DNA of 64,000 nt. Source: an uncultured Actinomycetaceae bacterium. GTDB lineage: Bacteria; Actinomycetota; Actinomycetes; Actinomycetales; Actinomycetaceae. Location of the stretch: NCBI GenBank assembly GCA_902464405.1, contig CABQJD010000001.1:22408-86407 (forward strand), in the 5' to 3' direction. Below the pieces are notes generated by a model. The model was given only the letters and a program-made list of their open reading frames with translations. It had not been told where the DNA came from and searched no databases. A program made the translations under genes and the position numbers. Shown here one piece after another: positions 10,525 to 20,545 of this stretch (the first letter of the stretch is position 1; the number at the start of each line of letters is the position of its first letter).

Positions 10525-11668
10525 CCTCATCTCCATAATTCTTTTTGCGCTGTTCACAAGAATTCAACGTATAGACCTCTTCCTCATCATTAGGGATGGG
10601 AGGAAGATCTAGGGAATCTGCATAGAATTTAAATTCTTTCCACGTGGTGTGCGAAATTTCACCATCCCATGCTATCTGCCCCAGCAAGATGAGAATATCG
10701 CGAGCTTCTCGCAAAACTTCTGCTGGAGTTTGGCATTCAGCCCTGTCTGGCCATAGCGAGAAACGAACCCCTCGGCACGCCTCAAAATTCAGAAGAGATT
10801 GATCGCCGTCAAAAAGATCAAGATGCTTGCGCACCCCTTCAAAAATTTCTTGAGGTTGCGGATCGTAGATATGCTTCTCTGAACGTGAAAAATAGAGATA
10901 TTGCGGCACATTCACCAGCGAATGCCCCATCTGAGCAAACTGCTGCGGAGTATAGTAGCCGCCTTCAATCCCCTTATCCAGCCAGTATTCCACTGTAATA
11001 TCGCTATCAAGTGGCACAACTCCGCCCGAGCGCTGCCCATCGTTCCAAATACGGAGTTTTTTACCGCATCCATTCAGGAAAGCATTGGTTTCATTGATAA
11101 AAGCAGTGATCGGATCCCACGGCTTAGCTTGTGAACCATACATATCGACTGCCCAATGCGCCAGATCAGGATAGTCTGCATATGTACGATTATCGAGTTT
11201 ATTTTCAAACTCATCTGCACCCATATGCCATTCATCAGCTGTGAAAATACTGCAGTACTTCTCGATCAGGTTCCAATACCAGCTTTTAGCTTGCTCATTG
11301 GTGACGTCGAGGCGCTCGAGATCTTTTTCTCCTGTAGCATCGGTGATCGCGTATTCAGGATATTCACTCAACCACGTGCGCATGTGCCCAGGTGCATTCA
11401 CTTCAGGTATGACAGTAATTCCACGATCAGCTGCGTAGTGCACAATCGATTGCGCTTCTTGAGGAGTCACAAATGGTTGATCTGTCTGCGGCCAATCTTT
11501 AGCACCCGAAATTTTTACTTCCCATAGAAGAGTATTAAGGCGCATCATAGCCATTTGATCAAGAAGAGCGTGCATCCATTCATCTGTGTATGCCACAGTG
11601 GAAGCACTAAGAGTCACGCCACGCTCAGCATAGCGAGGTGAGGACGAAGAGAATAATGGGAGTTTCAT
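10517..11668 (-). CDS. GH20 glycoside hydrolase, lacto-N-biosidase (LnbB)-like catalytic domain, no signal peptide
   Basis: ERGVTL, VIPEVNAPGHM, WHMGADEF catalytic DE pair, LRIWNDG. Confidence 0.82.
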   Translation of the reverse strand: MKLPLFSSSSPRYAERGVTLSASTVAYTDEWMHALLDQMAMMRLNTLLWEVKISGAKDWPQTDQPFVTPQEAQSIVHYAADRGITVIPEVNAPGHMRTWLSEYPEYAITDATGEKDLERLDVTNEQAKSWYWNLIEKYCSIFTADEWHMGADEFENKLDNRTYADYPDLAHWAVDMYGSQAKPWDPITAFINETNAFLNGCGKKLRIWNDGQRSGGVVPLDSDITVEYWLDKGIEGGYYTPQQFAQMGHSLVNVPQYLYFSRSEKHIYDPQPQEIFEGVRKHLDLFDGDQSLLNFEACRGVRFSLWPDRAECQTPAEVLREARDILILLGQIAWDGEISHTTWKEFKFYADSLDLPPIPNDEEEVYTLNSCEQRKKNYGDEDE

Positions 11669-11690
11669 TAAAATATCACCTACAGGAAAG

Positions 11691-11734
11691 ATATGAGTGC
11701 CTAGCCAAACAGAAGCTCAGCTAGGCACTCATAT
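11691..11734. terminator. Stem-loop between ABC permease and GH20 gene
   Basis: 15-bp perfect arms ATATGAGTGCCTAGC / GCTAGGCACTCATAT. Confidence 0.6.
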
Positions 11735-11746
11735 AGAAGAACGAAC

Positions 11747-12691
11747 TCAGCCCTTGACCGCACCTGCTGCCAAACCAGATTGCCAGTACTTTTGCAAACC
11801 AAGGAAAAGAACAATCAACGGAATCACACCAAGAAGTGACGCCATCATAATTGGACCAAATTCTGGGCGGAAGTAGCTCAGCATACCGTACAAACCAAGA
11901 GTAATTGGTTTGAGATGATCCGAAGAAATCATCATCTGAGGCAGAATGAAGTTATTCCACGTTGCTACAAAGATAAAGAGGAAAATCGTCACCATTGCTG
12001 GAGCAAGCAGCCTGAGCACCATCGTAAAGAAAATACGAAATTCGCCAGCACCATCAATACGAGCTGCTTCAATCAATTCTGTAGGCACTGAAGACTGCGC
12101 ATAAACTCGCCCAAGGAACACGCCAAAGGGAGAGACACAGCACGGAATAATAATTGACGCCATCGTATTGTTGAGCCCCAGATGGATAAACACCACGTAC
12201 ATAGGAACAGTCAAAATAGCAACCGGCATAAGCAGACCAGCCATGATTGTGCCGATAGTAAAATTCTTTCCAGGGAAACGGAACTTTGCCATCGCATAGC
12301 CAGCCATCGTAGATACCAGAGTACCTATAGCTGCAGCCACAGTGGAATAGAGGATTGAATTACCAATCCAGCGCCATAGCATACCGCGAGTCCATCCCAT
12401 TAGCGACTCATAGTTAGCAACAACTTGCCCCCACACAGACGAACTCTGCGATTTCTCATTGTGAGGAGCAAACCACAAGCCAAACGTATTCGCCATTTCA
12501 GTGTTATTTTTCGTAGCAGAAATAATCACCCAGAAAATTGGGAAAATAAAGTAGATCAGCACAATTGCCATCACGATAATCGTGCAAATACGAGCAACGA
12601 GAGATGGGCGGATTGAACGAGACGGAAAACCTTCCAAAGATGGAGTATACTCCACGCCGCTAGGGGTCATAGCAACTTTTTTCTTAGTCAT
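11747..12691 (-). CDS. Carbohydrate ABC permease (GltC-like)
   Basis: EAARIDGAGE, WNNFILP, ends GLAAGAVKG. Confidence 0.92.
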   Translation of the reverse strand: MTKKKVAMTPSGVEYTPSLEGFPSRSIRPSLVARICTIIVMAIVLIYFIFPIFWVIISATKNNTEMANTFGLWFAPHNEKSQSSSVWGQVVANYESLMGWTRGMLWRWIGNSILYSTVAAAIGTLVSTMAGYAMAKFRFPGKNFTIGTIMAGLLMPVAILTVPMYVVFIHLGLNNTMASIIIPCCVSPFGVFLGRVYAQSSVPTELIEAARIDGAGEFRIFFTMVLRLLAPAMVTIFLFIFVATWNNFILPQMMISSDHLKPITLGLYGMLSYFRPEFGPIMMASLLGVIPLIVLFLGLQKYWQSGLAAGAVKG

Positions 12692-13679
12692 TCGAGCCAC
12701 CAACCTTCTTATCGACAAGGAAGTAGAGCACAGCGAGCACTCCTGCAATCAATGCCATCACAATAGCAATTGCAGACGCCGGACCATCGCCACCTGGAGT
12801 TATCTGCCCTTTCGCCGTTGATAATGCCATCATCATTGGCGTGTAGTTGTATTCCATCCACGCATTCGCACTCGATAATACCTGCGGTTCATTGTAGAGC
12901 TGAATAGTGCCGACAATTGAAAGCAAGATTGCCAGAAGAGCTGCCCCACGAACCATTGGGATTTTAATCTTCGTAACAATTTGGAAACCTGTTGCACCGT
13001 CAAGACGAGCAGCCTCATAAAGGTCGTGGGGAATCGCCTGCAGTGCAGCAAGGAAAATCAGCATATTATATCCAGTGAAGGTCCACGTGGTCATATTCGC
13101 CATCGAAGCAATCACCATTTTGTGCCCAAAGAAATCGATTGGGAATTCTGCACCGAATAAACCTGCGATTGAATTGAAAGGCGATACTCCAGGAGTGTAG
13201 ATATACATCCAAATAATTGCCGCAACCACACCGGGGACAGCATAGGGAAGGAAGTACCCTAAACGGAATATTGCAACTCTTTTAACTAAATATGAATCGA
13301 TCAACAGTGCGAGTGCGAGAGCAGCGAAAATCATCACTGGCACTTGAAACACCGTATACAGAATTACTCGCCCAATACCTGTCCAAAAATCTGAACTTGT
13401 GAGAACGTATATAAAGTTGTCAAAACCAACAAATACATTATGTTTCTCACCGCCGCCAAAGGCGCCTCCGCCAGTAGCTTTCAACTGGAAAAAGCTCGTC
13501 ACCAGCGAGACGAGAATCGGAATAATGAAAATAAGCAAGAAAAGCAGCGTGAAAGGCGCCATAAAAATCCAGCCAGTGCGTGCTTCGTGAATTGCTCGCC
13601 GTGACGCCTTCTTGCGCAACGTATACATCTCACCCTTGGCCGGCTCAATTGTGCGGGCCGTGTCTAAATGATTAGCCAT
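12684..13679 (-). CDS. Carbohydrate ABC permease (GltB-like)
   Basis: FVGFDNF, WTFTGYNMLIF, YEAARLDGA. Confidence 0.92.
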   Translation of the reverse strand: MANHLDTARTIEPAKGEMYTLRKKASRRAIHEARTGWIFMAPFTLLFLLIFIIPILVSLVTSFFQLKATGGGAFGGGEKHNVFVGFDNFIYVLTSSDFWTGIGRVILYTVFQVPVMIFAALALALLIDSYLVKRVAIFRLGYFLPYAVPGVVAAIIWMYIYTPGVSPFNSIAGLFGAEFPIDFFGHKMVIASMANMTTWTFTGYNMLIFLAALQAIPHDLYEAARLDGATGFQIVTKIKIPMVRGAALLAILLSIVGTIQLYNEPQVLSSANAWMEYNYTPMMMALSTAKGQITPGGDGPASAIAIVMALIAGVLAVLYFLVDKKVGGSND

Positions 13680-13758
13680 GAGGGTCTTCCTTAAACCTTG
13701 TTTTACATCTACCCCTGCATCGTTGCAAGAGAATCGCTAGAAGGGATTTCTCAGACGA

Positions 13759-13796
13759 GGACGCCCACCATTCCCGCCGAGGAGTGGTGGGCGTCC
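13759..13796 (-). terminator. GC-rich stem-loop after SBP gene
   Basis: GGACGCCCACCA...TGGTGGGCGTCC inverted repeat. Confidence 0.6.
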
Positions 13797-13851
13797 CGAC
13801 TGTCTATTGAGTTAGATATAGCGCCAGCAAAGCTGAGCTATATACGCCAGA

Positions 13852-15165
13852 TCACTTAACTGTGAGACCAGCGTCTGTGAGTGCCTTCTTAGCAGAGTCA
13901 GCTGCACCAGCAAACACATCTGCAACCTTCGAGGTGCCTGCGCCAGCATCAGCATTATCTTTACCAGAGAGGAAGCCCTGAGGCACTGACCAGCTTGGTG
14001 GGAAAGTGAAGGCATTCATGTTTGCATTTGCAGTGTTGAATTCCTTAATTACATCTTGCCCGCCGAATGCTGCAGCATACTCTGGGTTAGAAGGAGCAGC
14101 GGAAGCAGCTACAACAAGACCCTGCGTAGCAAGATCATCAACCTGAGTATTGAACCAAGCGTTAAACTTCATAGCCTGCTCTGGATGCTCACAAGTCTTG
14201 GAAACGACTACACCAGAACCACCATTAGGACCAGTCTTACCAGCGCCTGCGCCGAAGTCTGGAAGCTGAGCAATTGCCCACTTTCCATAAGAATCAGATC
14301 CGTTAAGACCGCTGGCAAGGAGAGTTGCGTCCCATGCAGCACCAAATGCACCGATAAGAGTGCCATCGGCCATTGCCTTTTCCATATCGCCTGTGTCTGT
14401 CCAACGATTCACTACAAAAGTAGATTTATCATCGAGGAGTGTCTGCCAGAAGTTAGCAACCTTGGTGGAGCCTTTTCCAGCAGTATTCACTACCCAAGAA
14501 TCGCCCTCCACTGTGAACCACTGATCACCAGAAGCTGCAACCATTGAGCTGTAGAGCTGTGCGCCTTCATCTGGGTTGAATGCAGCAATATACTTACCAG
14601 CTGCAGCAGCCTTCTTTGCAGCAGCAACGAACTCATCAGCAGTGGTTGGAACGTTGATACCTAGCTCTTCAAATGCAGCCTTGTTGTAGTAGTACAGGAG
14701 CGGACCAGTATCCTGAGGAATACCGAAATACTTGCCATCAATAGCCATTGACTCGAATGGACCAGCACCAAAGTCTGACTTGTACTGCGATGCATACTTA
14801 GAGACATCCTGAACCATATCATTCACATACAGCTCAGCAAGGTCTGCGTACCCAGCCTGATAGAGGCATGGAGCATTCTTTGCCTCAATATCGGTCTTTA
14901 CTTTCTGAATAAGCTCCTGAGCTTTGCCGTCAAACTTAGTTGCCTTCACCTGAATGTCTGGATTTTCAGCATTCCATTTCTTGACAATATCTGCCACTTT
15001 GGTAGCTGTGTCAGAATTATCCAAACGATGCAGGTATTCAATCGTAACTGGACCATCAGCCTTTGCATCTTTGCCAGGCTCCTTAGCTCCAGAGCAAGCT
15101 GCGAGGCTGAGAGCAGCAACTGAACACACAGCCGCAACCTTCACCAATTTCTTTGAAATTGCCAT
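13852..15165 (-). CDS. Sugar-binding lipoprotein resembling bifidobacterial GNB/LNB-binding protein (GL-BP/GltA)
   Basis: Lipobox LAAC; YLHRL, IQVKATKFDGKA, PQDTGPL, GKTGPNGGS, WFNTQV resemble the recalled GL-BP sequence. Confidence 0.82.
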   Translation of the reverse strand: MAISKKLVKVAAVCSVAALSLAACSGAKEPGKDAKADGPVTIEYLHRLDNSDTATKVADIVKKWNAENPDIQVKATKFDGKAQELIQKVKTDIEAKNAPCLYQAGYADLAELYVNDMVQDVSKYASQYKSDFGAGPFESMAIDGKYFGIPQDTGPLLYYYNKAAFEELGINVPTTADEFVAAAKKAAAAGKYIAAFNPDEGAQLYSSMVAASGDQWFTVEGDSWVVNTAGKGSTKVANFWQTLLDDKSTFVVNRWTDTGDMEKAMADGTLIGAFGAAWDATLLASGLNGSDSYGKWAIAQLPDFGAGAGKTGPNGGSGVVVSKTCEHPEQAMKFNAWFNTQVDDLATQGLVVAASAAPSNPEYAAAFGGQDVIKEFNTANANMNAFTFPPSWSVPQGFLSGKDNADAGAGTSKVADVFAGAADSAKKALTDAGLTVK

Positions 15166-15333
15166 TTTCTCTCCTTCGAGTGAACCAAATCGAGTATTTC
15201 GAATAAGTGCTTGTGATTTGATCCGTATTTAATTGTACGCTGTATCACGTTAAATCTCAGAATAGCTTAAATTTATGGTAAAAACATTCCGAAATAATGA
15301 TTGTTACCGCATTGAAATAATCAATTTAATGAT

Positions 15334-16680
15334 TTATTGAGCGTTAATTGCTCCGCGACCCTCAATTCGCACATCTCCGCTAAACGCAACACCTTCAGTG
15401 AAGTGCCAATCGCCTCTCACTGTAAAAGTAGTGACGTCTTTGAGCGAAGGAATGCTCGGGAAACGCTCATCAAAATCGTCAACGAACTGGAAATACTCTT
15501 TATCGAGATCGATCACAGGAGCAGCTGGAACCACAAGTTCAAGGTGTGCCTCTGGCGTCACCTCATAAGCATCGGAACGCAACGTGAGCAGATCGTTTGT
15601 CGTCTTCACAGGCAAGAAACGACTGCGCGGTACGAGCACTGGCTGCGCGCCATCAAAACTTGCCACAATGGCGCCCATAGCACATTCAAGCTGATAAACC
15701 TCGGGTGAAGTCTTATCTGTAGGATCCACGTGTTTGCGGTTACGAATCAGCGGAAGCCCGACGAGACCATTCGTCTCATGCAGCAGCTTACTCAACGCTT
15801 CCAAGTTGAACCACAAATTATTCGTATGGAAGAAAGGATGACGATGCTCATCGGTGAAATAATCCATCTGATGCTCTGGCGTCTGCGCAGTATCACGTAA
15901 AATCACACGCCCGTCAGAAATGCGGCGAGCTAGATGCCCTCCCTTACGATCTGCAGCAGTACGCACACACACTTCAGGAGCATAAGGAGCACCGCTTTGG
16001 GCAAACCATGCAGCAATTTCGGCGCTTGGAGCAGCACCCAAATTGTCGGCATTCGAAGTCATCATATACTTATAGCCCTGCTCAATAAGCGTATCCACTA
16101 AGCCCATATCCGTGAGAGTGGTGAAAATATCGCCGTGCCCGGGCGGGCACCATTCGAGGCTTGGATCACTCGGCCATTCCACAGGCTCTAGAGAATCAAC
16201 AAGCAGCTTCGGCTCTTTGCCTTGAAGAAAATCAATCGGCAGATTATCACTGGCAATATCACTCGGGAGTGCTTCTAACGTATCAGCTTGAGTGCGAAAA
16301 GAGTTCATAAAGATAAGCGGCAAACGCACATCATACTTTTCACGTGCCGCACGCACCTGATCACAAATAATATCAAGAAAGCTCTTACCCTCGCGCACAG
16401 AAATAAGACTCTTTGCACGATCAAGCCCCATACTCGTGCCCAAGCCACCGTTGAGCTTAAGCATCACTGTGCGGCTTAAAGCCTCGCGTGCAGCCTCTTG
16501 AGAAACCGTTTGCGCAAATTCCACTGCGCTATCAACCTCAGTAATAGGCTCGATGGTTTCCTCAGGAATTAAGCCAGTAGCCCCATCTGCAACCTGCTGT
16601 GCATAGCGAGCAAACACTTCAATTGCCAGCGGGCTGACGCCAGCGGCAGCCATTTTTTCACGCGAAGCTTCGAATGCCAT
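15334..16680 (-). CDS. UTP--glucose-1-phosphate uridylyltransferase (eukaryote-like UDPGP family)
   Basis: KLNGGLGTSMG, WCPPGHGD, SNADNLG, RFLPVKTTNDL. Confidence 0.92.
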   Translation of the reverse strand: MAFEASREKMAAAGVSPLAIEVFARYAQQVADGATGLIPEETIEPITEVDSAVEFAQTVSQEAAREALSRTVMLKLNGGLGTSMGLDRAKSLISVREGKSFLDIICDQVRAAREKYDVRLPLIFMNSFRTQADTLEALPSDIASDNLPIDFLQGKEPKLLVDSLEPVEWPSDPSLEWCPPGHGDIFTTLTDMGLVDTLIEQGYKYMMTSNADNLGAAPSAEIAAWFAQSGAPYAPEVCVRTAADRKGGHLARRISDGRVILRDTAQTPEHQMDYFTDEHRHPFFHTNNLWFNLEALSKLLHETNGLVGLPLIRNRKHVDPTDKTSPEVYQLECAMGAIVASFDGAQPVLVPRSRFLPVKTTNDLLTLRSDAYEVTPEAHLELVVPAAPVIDLDKEYFQFVDDFDERFPSIPSLKDVTTFTVRGDWHFTEGVAFSGDVRIEGRGAINAQ

Positions 16681-17168
16681 AAGTATTTCCCTTTTCTTAC
16701 AGACTTTTTCTTACAGACGCAAACTTCCATTCGCATCACCAAATAGATTGCAGAGCGCGTGCGAAGCGTACACAAATAATTTCATATACATGAAGCAGCG
16801 CTTATCTTGCTGCTCACGCAAGCATACTTCTTTCTATGTACACTCTCTTTGCACACTCTCTCCTATAAAAGGATATACAGAATTTCCACAGAAGTACTAG
16901 CAGTCTAAAAGCTAAATTCGAAGAATACTGCCATATAATAAGCCATATAATAAGAAGCGCACATCCACAGCAGATTTTCATTAATTCTTGCCCACGCAAA
17001 ATCACCCGAAAGCGCGCGAAAAGCCATGCAGGAAATAAAATAACTGCTCAACGAAGAAGCGGCAAAACTAAATGAGCTACCCCTTAGAAGACACAAATTT
17101 TTTGATTTGATCTTCGCTCTAAGGAAATACCTCAATCCCTCTTTACGCCTCTTTTAAGGTATATAAAA

Positions 17169-17243
17169 TCAGGCATCTGAACGTTTGTCGTGATTTGCTG
17201 CCTTACCCTTACGGGCGCGGCGTTTATTCCCACGCGTAGACAT
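17169..17243 (-). CDS. Second, diverged copy of 50S ribosomal protein bL37 (possibly non-functional)
   Basis: MSTRGNKRRARKGKAANHDKRSDA*, 7 nt differences from 19464-19538. Confidence 0.7.
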   Translation of the reverse strand: MSTRGNKRRARKGKAANHDKRSDA

Positions 17244-17323
17244 TTCTTCCCTCATTAAAAAGGTTGATCACTTAGGGATGTTCGAATGAATTTTGAGCAC
17301 TTTCCTGAATTAGAAATTCACCT

Positions 17324-17390
17324 TCAACACAGACCACGAATCCTCGTGATCTTCATACGTAATTCCTGCTGTGCCTGCTCACAGCAGCCA
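17324..17390 (-). pseudogene. 3' fragment of rsrA anti-sigma gene
   Basis: [16 protein letters not shown] versus [16 protein letters not shown] in the intact gene. Confidence 0.8.
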
Positions 17391-17695
17391 CAACTATCTT
17401 TTACGTGCTGCTTCACACAAATACCATGAGATTTTCTCGTATGTTTCCATCTTATATACACGCAAGATGAATAATTACAGCTAAAATAGGTAGGTGAAAA
17501 TGCTGGCATACCAGCCTGCTCATTGCCGCATATTGAGCTGGCAAGGCATATGTGCATCACGCGCATACTAATCCTATGCATTGAGCCAGTGTCTGCCAGC
17601 ATCTTCCAGACCAATAACTCGATCTTTCAATAGATCAAATGCACAGATTCATCAGTGCCAGAGCATCGATCTATGCTGCCTACGAAGGAGATACT

Positions 17696-19204
17696 ATGCA
17701 GCGCAACGTTATTCTTATTTACGTTGATCAGTGGAGAGGAGACGCTTTTTCGAGTGAAGGGCATCCCACTGTGCGCACTCCTTATTTAGACGAGTTTGCT
17801 GATCAGGGGGCACGGGCACGCCACGCATATTCTGCTGCACCCACCTGCGTTCCTGCACGGATGACTCTCTTTACAGGCTTATCACCTGCACATCACGGCA
17901 GAGTTGGCTATCAAGATGGCGTACCTTTCGATATTGAAACCACTCTTGCAGGAGAGTTTAAGAAAGCAGGCTATCACACTCAAGCTATTGGAAAAATGCA
18001 TGTTTACCCCGAGCGTGTAAGAGCCGGTTTTGATGACGTAATTTTACATGACGGTTATTTGCACTATTCACGCAAGCGCGAGCGCGATACGCAGTGGTAC
18101 GATGATTATCTTAGCTGGCTACGCGATCAAGATGGCGAAAATGCCGTATCCGATTATCTCGATAACGGATTGCACTGCAACTCGATGGTCGCACGCCCGT
18201 GGGAACGCAGTGAACGGCTCCACCCATCGTCTTGGGCAGTGACGAAGAGTATCGAATGGCTCTATCGTCGCGATCCTAGCGTTCCTTTCTTTTTATATCT
18301 TTCCTTTCACCGCCCCCACCCGCCATATGACCCACCGCAATGGGCATTCGATCAATACATGAACATGCCTTCCCATGAAGTACCAATTGGCGATTGGATT
18401 GAAGATTATCAGCAATGGCGTAACGATAAAAGCCCTCAAGCAAACGTCGCCCACTATCCCACATATGATATGCACCGAGCTCAAGCTGGCTATTACGGAA
18501 ATATGAGCCATATTGACGCTCAGCTTGATCGCCTATTTGAAGCGTTGGGTGAATTTGGGCTTAGCAGCAATACATATATTGCATTTTCATCAGATCACGG
18601 TGAGATGATGGGCGATCATGATATGTGGCGCAAAGGCTACCCTTATGAAGGCTCCGCACGTATCCCATTTTTCCTTAAAGGCCCAGGAATTCCTGGGCAT
18701 TCCACAATTGATTCAATTATGGAAATTCGCGATATTATGCCCACGCTGCTTGAATGCGCTGGAATAGATATTCCTGCAGGGATTGATGGCCGCTCAGTAT
18801 TGAGTGAGATTCGTGACGCTGATGGCTGCGCTGCCTCGCTGCCTTCCGATCAACCTCAAGCTGCTGGCGTCATCGACGAGCCTTGGCGAAATTATCTGCA
18901 CGGCGAGCACACAATCCGCGGCTGGAGTTTGCAGTTTATCCGTTCGAATCATTTCAAATATATATGGATTTCAGAATCGGGGCGCGAACAGCTGTTTGAT
19001 ATGGATAACGACCCAACTGAGCTGCATGATCTACATAAAGACCCTAGATATACCGCCATTCTTGAAGAGCATCGCGCACTACTTATTAAAGAGCTTGAAG
19101 AGCGCGAAGAAGGCTACGTGCAAAATGGTGCTCTTATTCCAGGGCAAAAAGCACTCGATATTCTCAGCTTCGCAGGAACTAACCCTGTGGGTATCGAGCA
19201 CTGA
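17696..19204 (+). CDS. Cys-type arylsulfatase
   Basis: NVILIYVDQWR, CVPAR (CxPxR) signature, GKMH, SDHGEM; GGAG RBS before ATG 17696. Confidence 0.92.
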   Translation: MQRNVILIYVDQWRGDAFSSEGHPTVRTPYLDEFADQGARARHAYSAAPTCVPARMTLFTGLSPAHHGRVGYQDGVPFDIETTLAGEFKKAGYHTQAIGKMHVYPERVRAGFDDVILHDGYLHYSRKRERDTQWYDDYLSWLRDQDGENAVSDYLDNGLHCNSMVARPWERSERLHPSSWAVTKSIEWLYRRDPSVPFFLYLSFHRPHPPYDPPQWAFDQYMNMPSHEVPIGDWIEDYQQWRNDKSPQANVAHYPTYDMHRAQAGYYGNMSHIDAQLDRLFEALGEFGLSSNTYIAFSSDHGEMMGDHDMWRKGYPYEGSARIPFFLKGPGIPGHSTIDSIMEIRDIMPTLLECAGIDIPAGIDGRSVLSEIRDADGCAASLPSDQPQAAGVIDEPWRNYLHGEHTIRGWSLQFIRSNHFKYIWISESGREQLFDMDNDPTELHDLHKDPRYTAILEEHRALLIKELEEREEGYVQNGALIPGQKALDILSFAGTNPVGIEH

Positions 19205-19405
19205 TTATCAAACGCTACTCATTTCAAATGCCAGCTAATTAAAATTTATAATTTCTCACTAAGACTGCAGTTTCATTCTCTGCCAGTGCACTTGCGCAAG
19301 GCAAAACTGCATTAACATACAAAGAATTGTGTATTGTGATTTACCCTACGGCTATTTTATAGCCGTGTGGCACTTGTATCTGCAGCTCAACTAGAATGCC
19401 CTTGG

Positions 19406-19460
19406 TATAAATAGGTGCGAGGCGGAGCTGACTTCCAGCTCCGCCTCGCACCTATTTATA
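19406..19460. terminator. Long perfect hairpin, probable bidirectional terminator (bL37 / sulfatase)
   Basis: 25-bp arms TATAAATAGGTGCGAGGCGGAGCTG / CAGCTCCGCCTCGCACCTATTTATA, 5-nt loop. Confidence 0.8.
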
Positions 19461-19463
19461 AAA

Positions 19464-19538
19464 TCAGGCGTTTGGACGTTTGCCGTGATTTGCTGCCTTA
19501 CCCTTACGAGCGCGGCGCTTATTCCCACGTGTAGACAT
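19464..19538 (-). CDS. 50S ribosomal protein bL37 (24 aa, absent from ORF track)
   Basis: MSTRGNKRRARKGKAANHGKRPNA*, ANHGKRPNA C-terminus, GGAGG RBS, position downstream of sigH-rsrA. Confidence 0.92.
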   Translation of the reverse strand: MSTRGNKRRARKGKAANHGKRPNA

Positions 19539-19610
19539 TTCTTCCTCCGAAAAATGTTGATCGATCAGCGCTATTCTAGCGAATGTTGCGCACTTTCCCG
19601 AATTAGAAAT

Positions 19611-19934
19611 TTACCTTTGATACGGACCGCAAATCCTCGTAATCTTCATACGCAATTCCTGCGGTGCCTGCTCACAGCAACTACGCCGCAAAACTTCACG
19701 GAACCGCACCTCTGCATGAACTGCTGCACCGCACTCTTCACACGTCTCTGTATGCGCCAATAAAAGACGTTCCAACTCCTGAGGCATTGCATGATCAAGC
19801 AGCTCACAAAGATTTTCCAAAACAGATGCACAATCACATTCTGCCAACTGAGCAATCAGTTGAAAGAAATGCTCCTGCAAATCTACACTCTCGGAGCCTG
19901 CACTTAAGCGCTCATTAAATTCACGCTCATTCAT
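19611..19934 (-). CDS. rsrA: Zinc-binding anti-sigma factor RsrA/RshA
   Basis: HTETCEEC (HxxxCxxC) motif; coupled to ECF sigma. Confidence 0.88.
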   Translation of the reverse strand: MNEREFNERLSAGSESVDLQEHFFQLIAQLAECDCASVLENLCELLDHAMPQELERLLLAHTETCEECGAAVHAEVRFREVLRRSCCEQAPQELRMKITRICGPYQR

Positions 19935-20539
19935 ACGTTCTCCTTCACCGCATATCCCAAATTTCTTGCATAATCATGCAAAGCTTCACGAAGCTGAGCA
20001 CGCCCACGATAAAGACGGCTCATAACCGTACCTATCGGTGTTTGCATAATTTCTGCAATTTCTTGATACGAAAACCCTTCCACATCCGCTAGATAGACTG
20101 CCGTTCTGCGATCTTCAGGCAACGCCTCCAATGCTTCGCGGATTTCCGAATCGGGAAGATTATCGAGCGCCTGAGTTTCAGCAGAGGGCATACCAGTAGA
20201 ATGATGAGACGCAGCTTTATATTCCTGCCAATCTTCCACATCAGGCGAATCTGCCTCTTTCGGGCGGCGCTGAGCCTTACGATAATTTGAAATAAACGCG
20301 TTGTTGAGAATCCGATACAACCATGCCTTCAAATTTGTTTCAGGCTTATATTGATGAAATGCTGCAAAAGCTTTCATATAGGTTTCTTGTATCAGATCCT
20401 CAGCATCCTGTTCATTACGAGTAAGCCTCATAGCAGCGCCATAAAGCTGATCAAGATAAGGAAGTGCATCACGCTCAAAGCGCGCTGCGCGCTGCTCATC
20501 AGTCTCGCTAGTATCTGCTCGAATCAGTTCTTCTACCAT
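19931..20539 (-). CDS. sigH: ECF sigma factor SigH/SigR
   Basis: [42 protein letters not shown]. Confidence 0.92.
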   Translation of the reverse strand: MVEELIRADTSETDEQRAARFERDALPYLDQLYGAAMRLTRNEQDAEDLIQETYMKAFAAFHQYKPETNLKAWLYRILNNAFISNYRKAQRRPKEADSPDVEDWQEYKAASHHSTGMPSAETQALDNLPDSEIREALEALPEDRRTAVYLADVEGFSYQEIAEIMQTPIGTVMSRLYRGRAQLREALHDYARNLGYAVKENV

Positions 20540-20545
20540 CAGCTC

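Larger units (their letters stand above)
17162..17390. repeat. Diverged direct-repeat copy of about 19457-19682 (rsrA 3' end + spacer + bL37)
   Basis: Visual alignment, e.g. TGATTTGCTGCCTTACCCTTACG, GAATTAGAAATT, TCTTCATACG, GTGCCTGCTCACAGCA occur in both copies. Confidence 0.9.

Noticed and set aside
17324..17614. 96-aa ORF as a real gene
   Set aside because: Only its last ~20 codons match rsrA; it is a by-product of the duplication.
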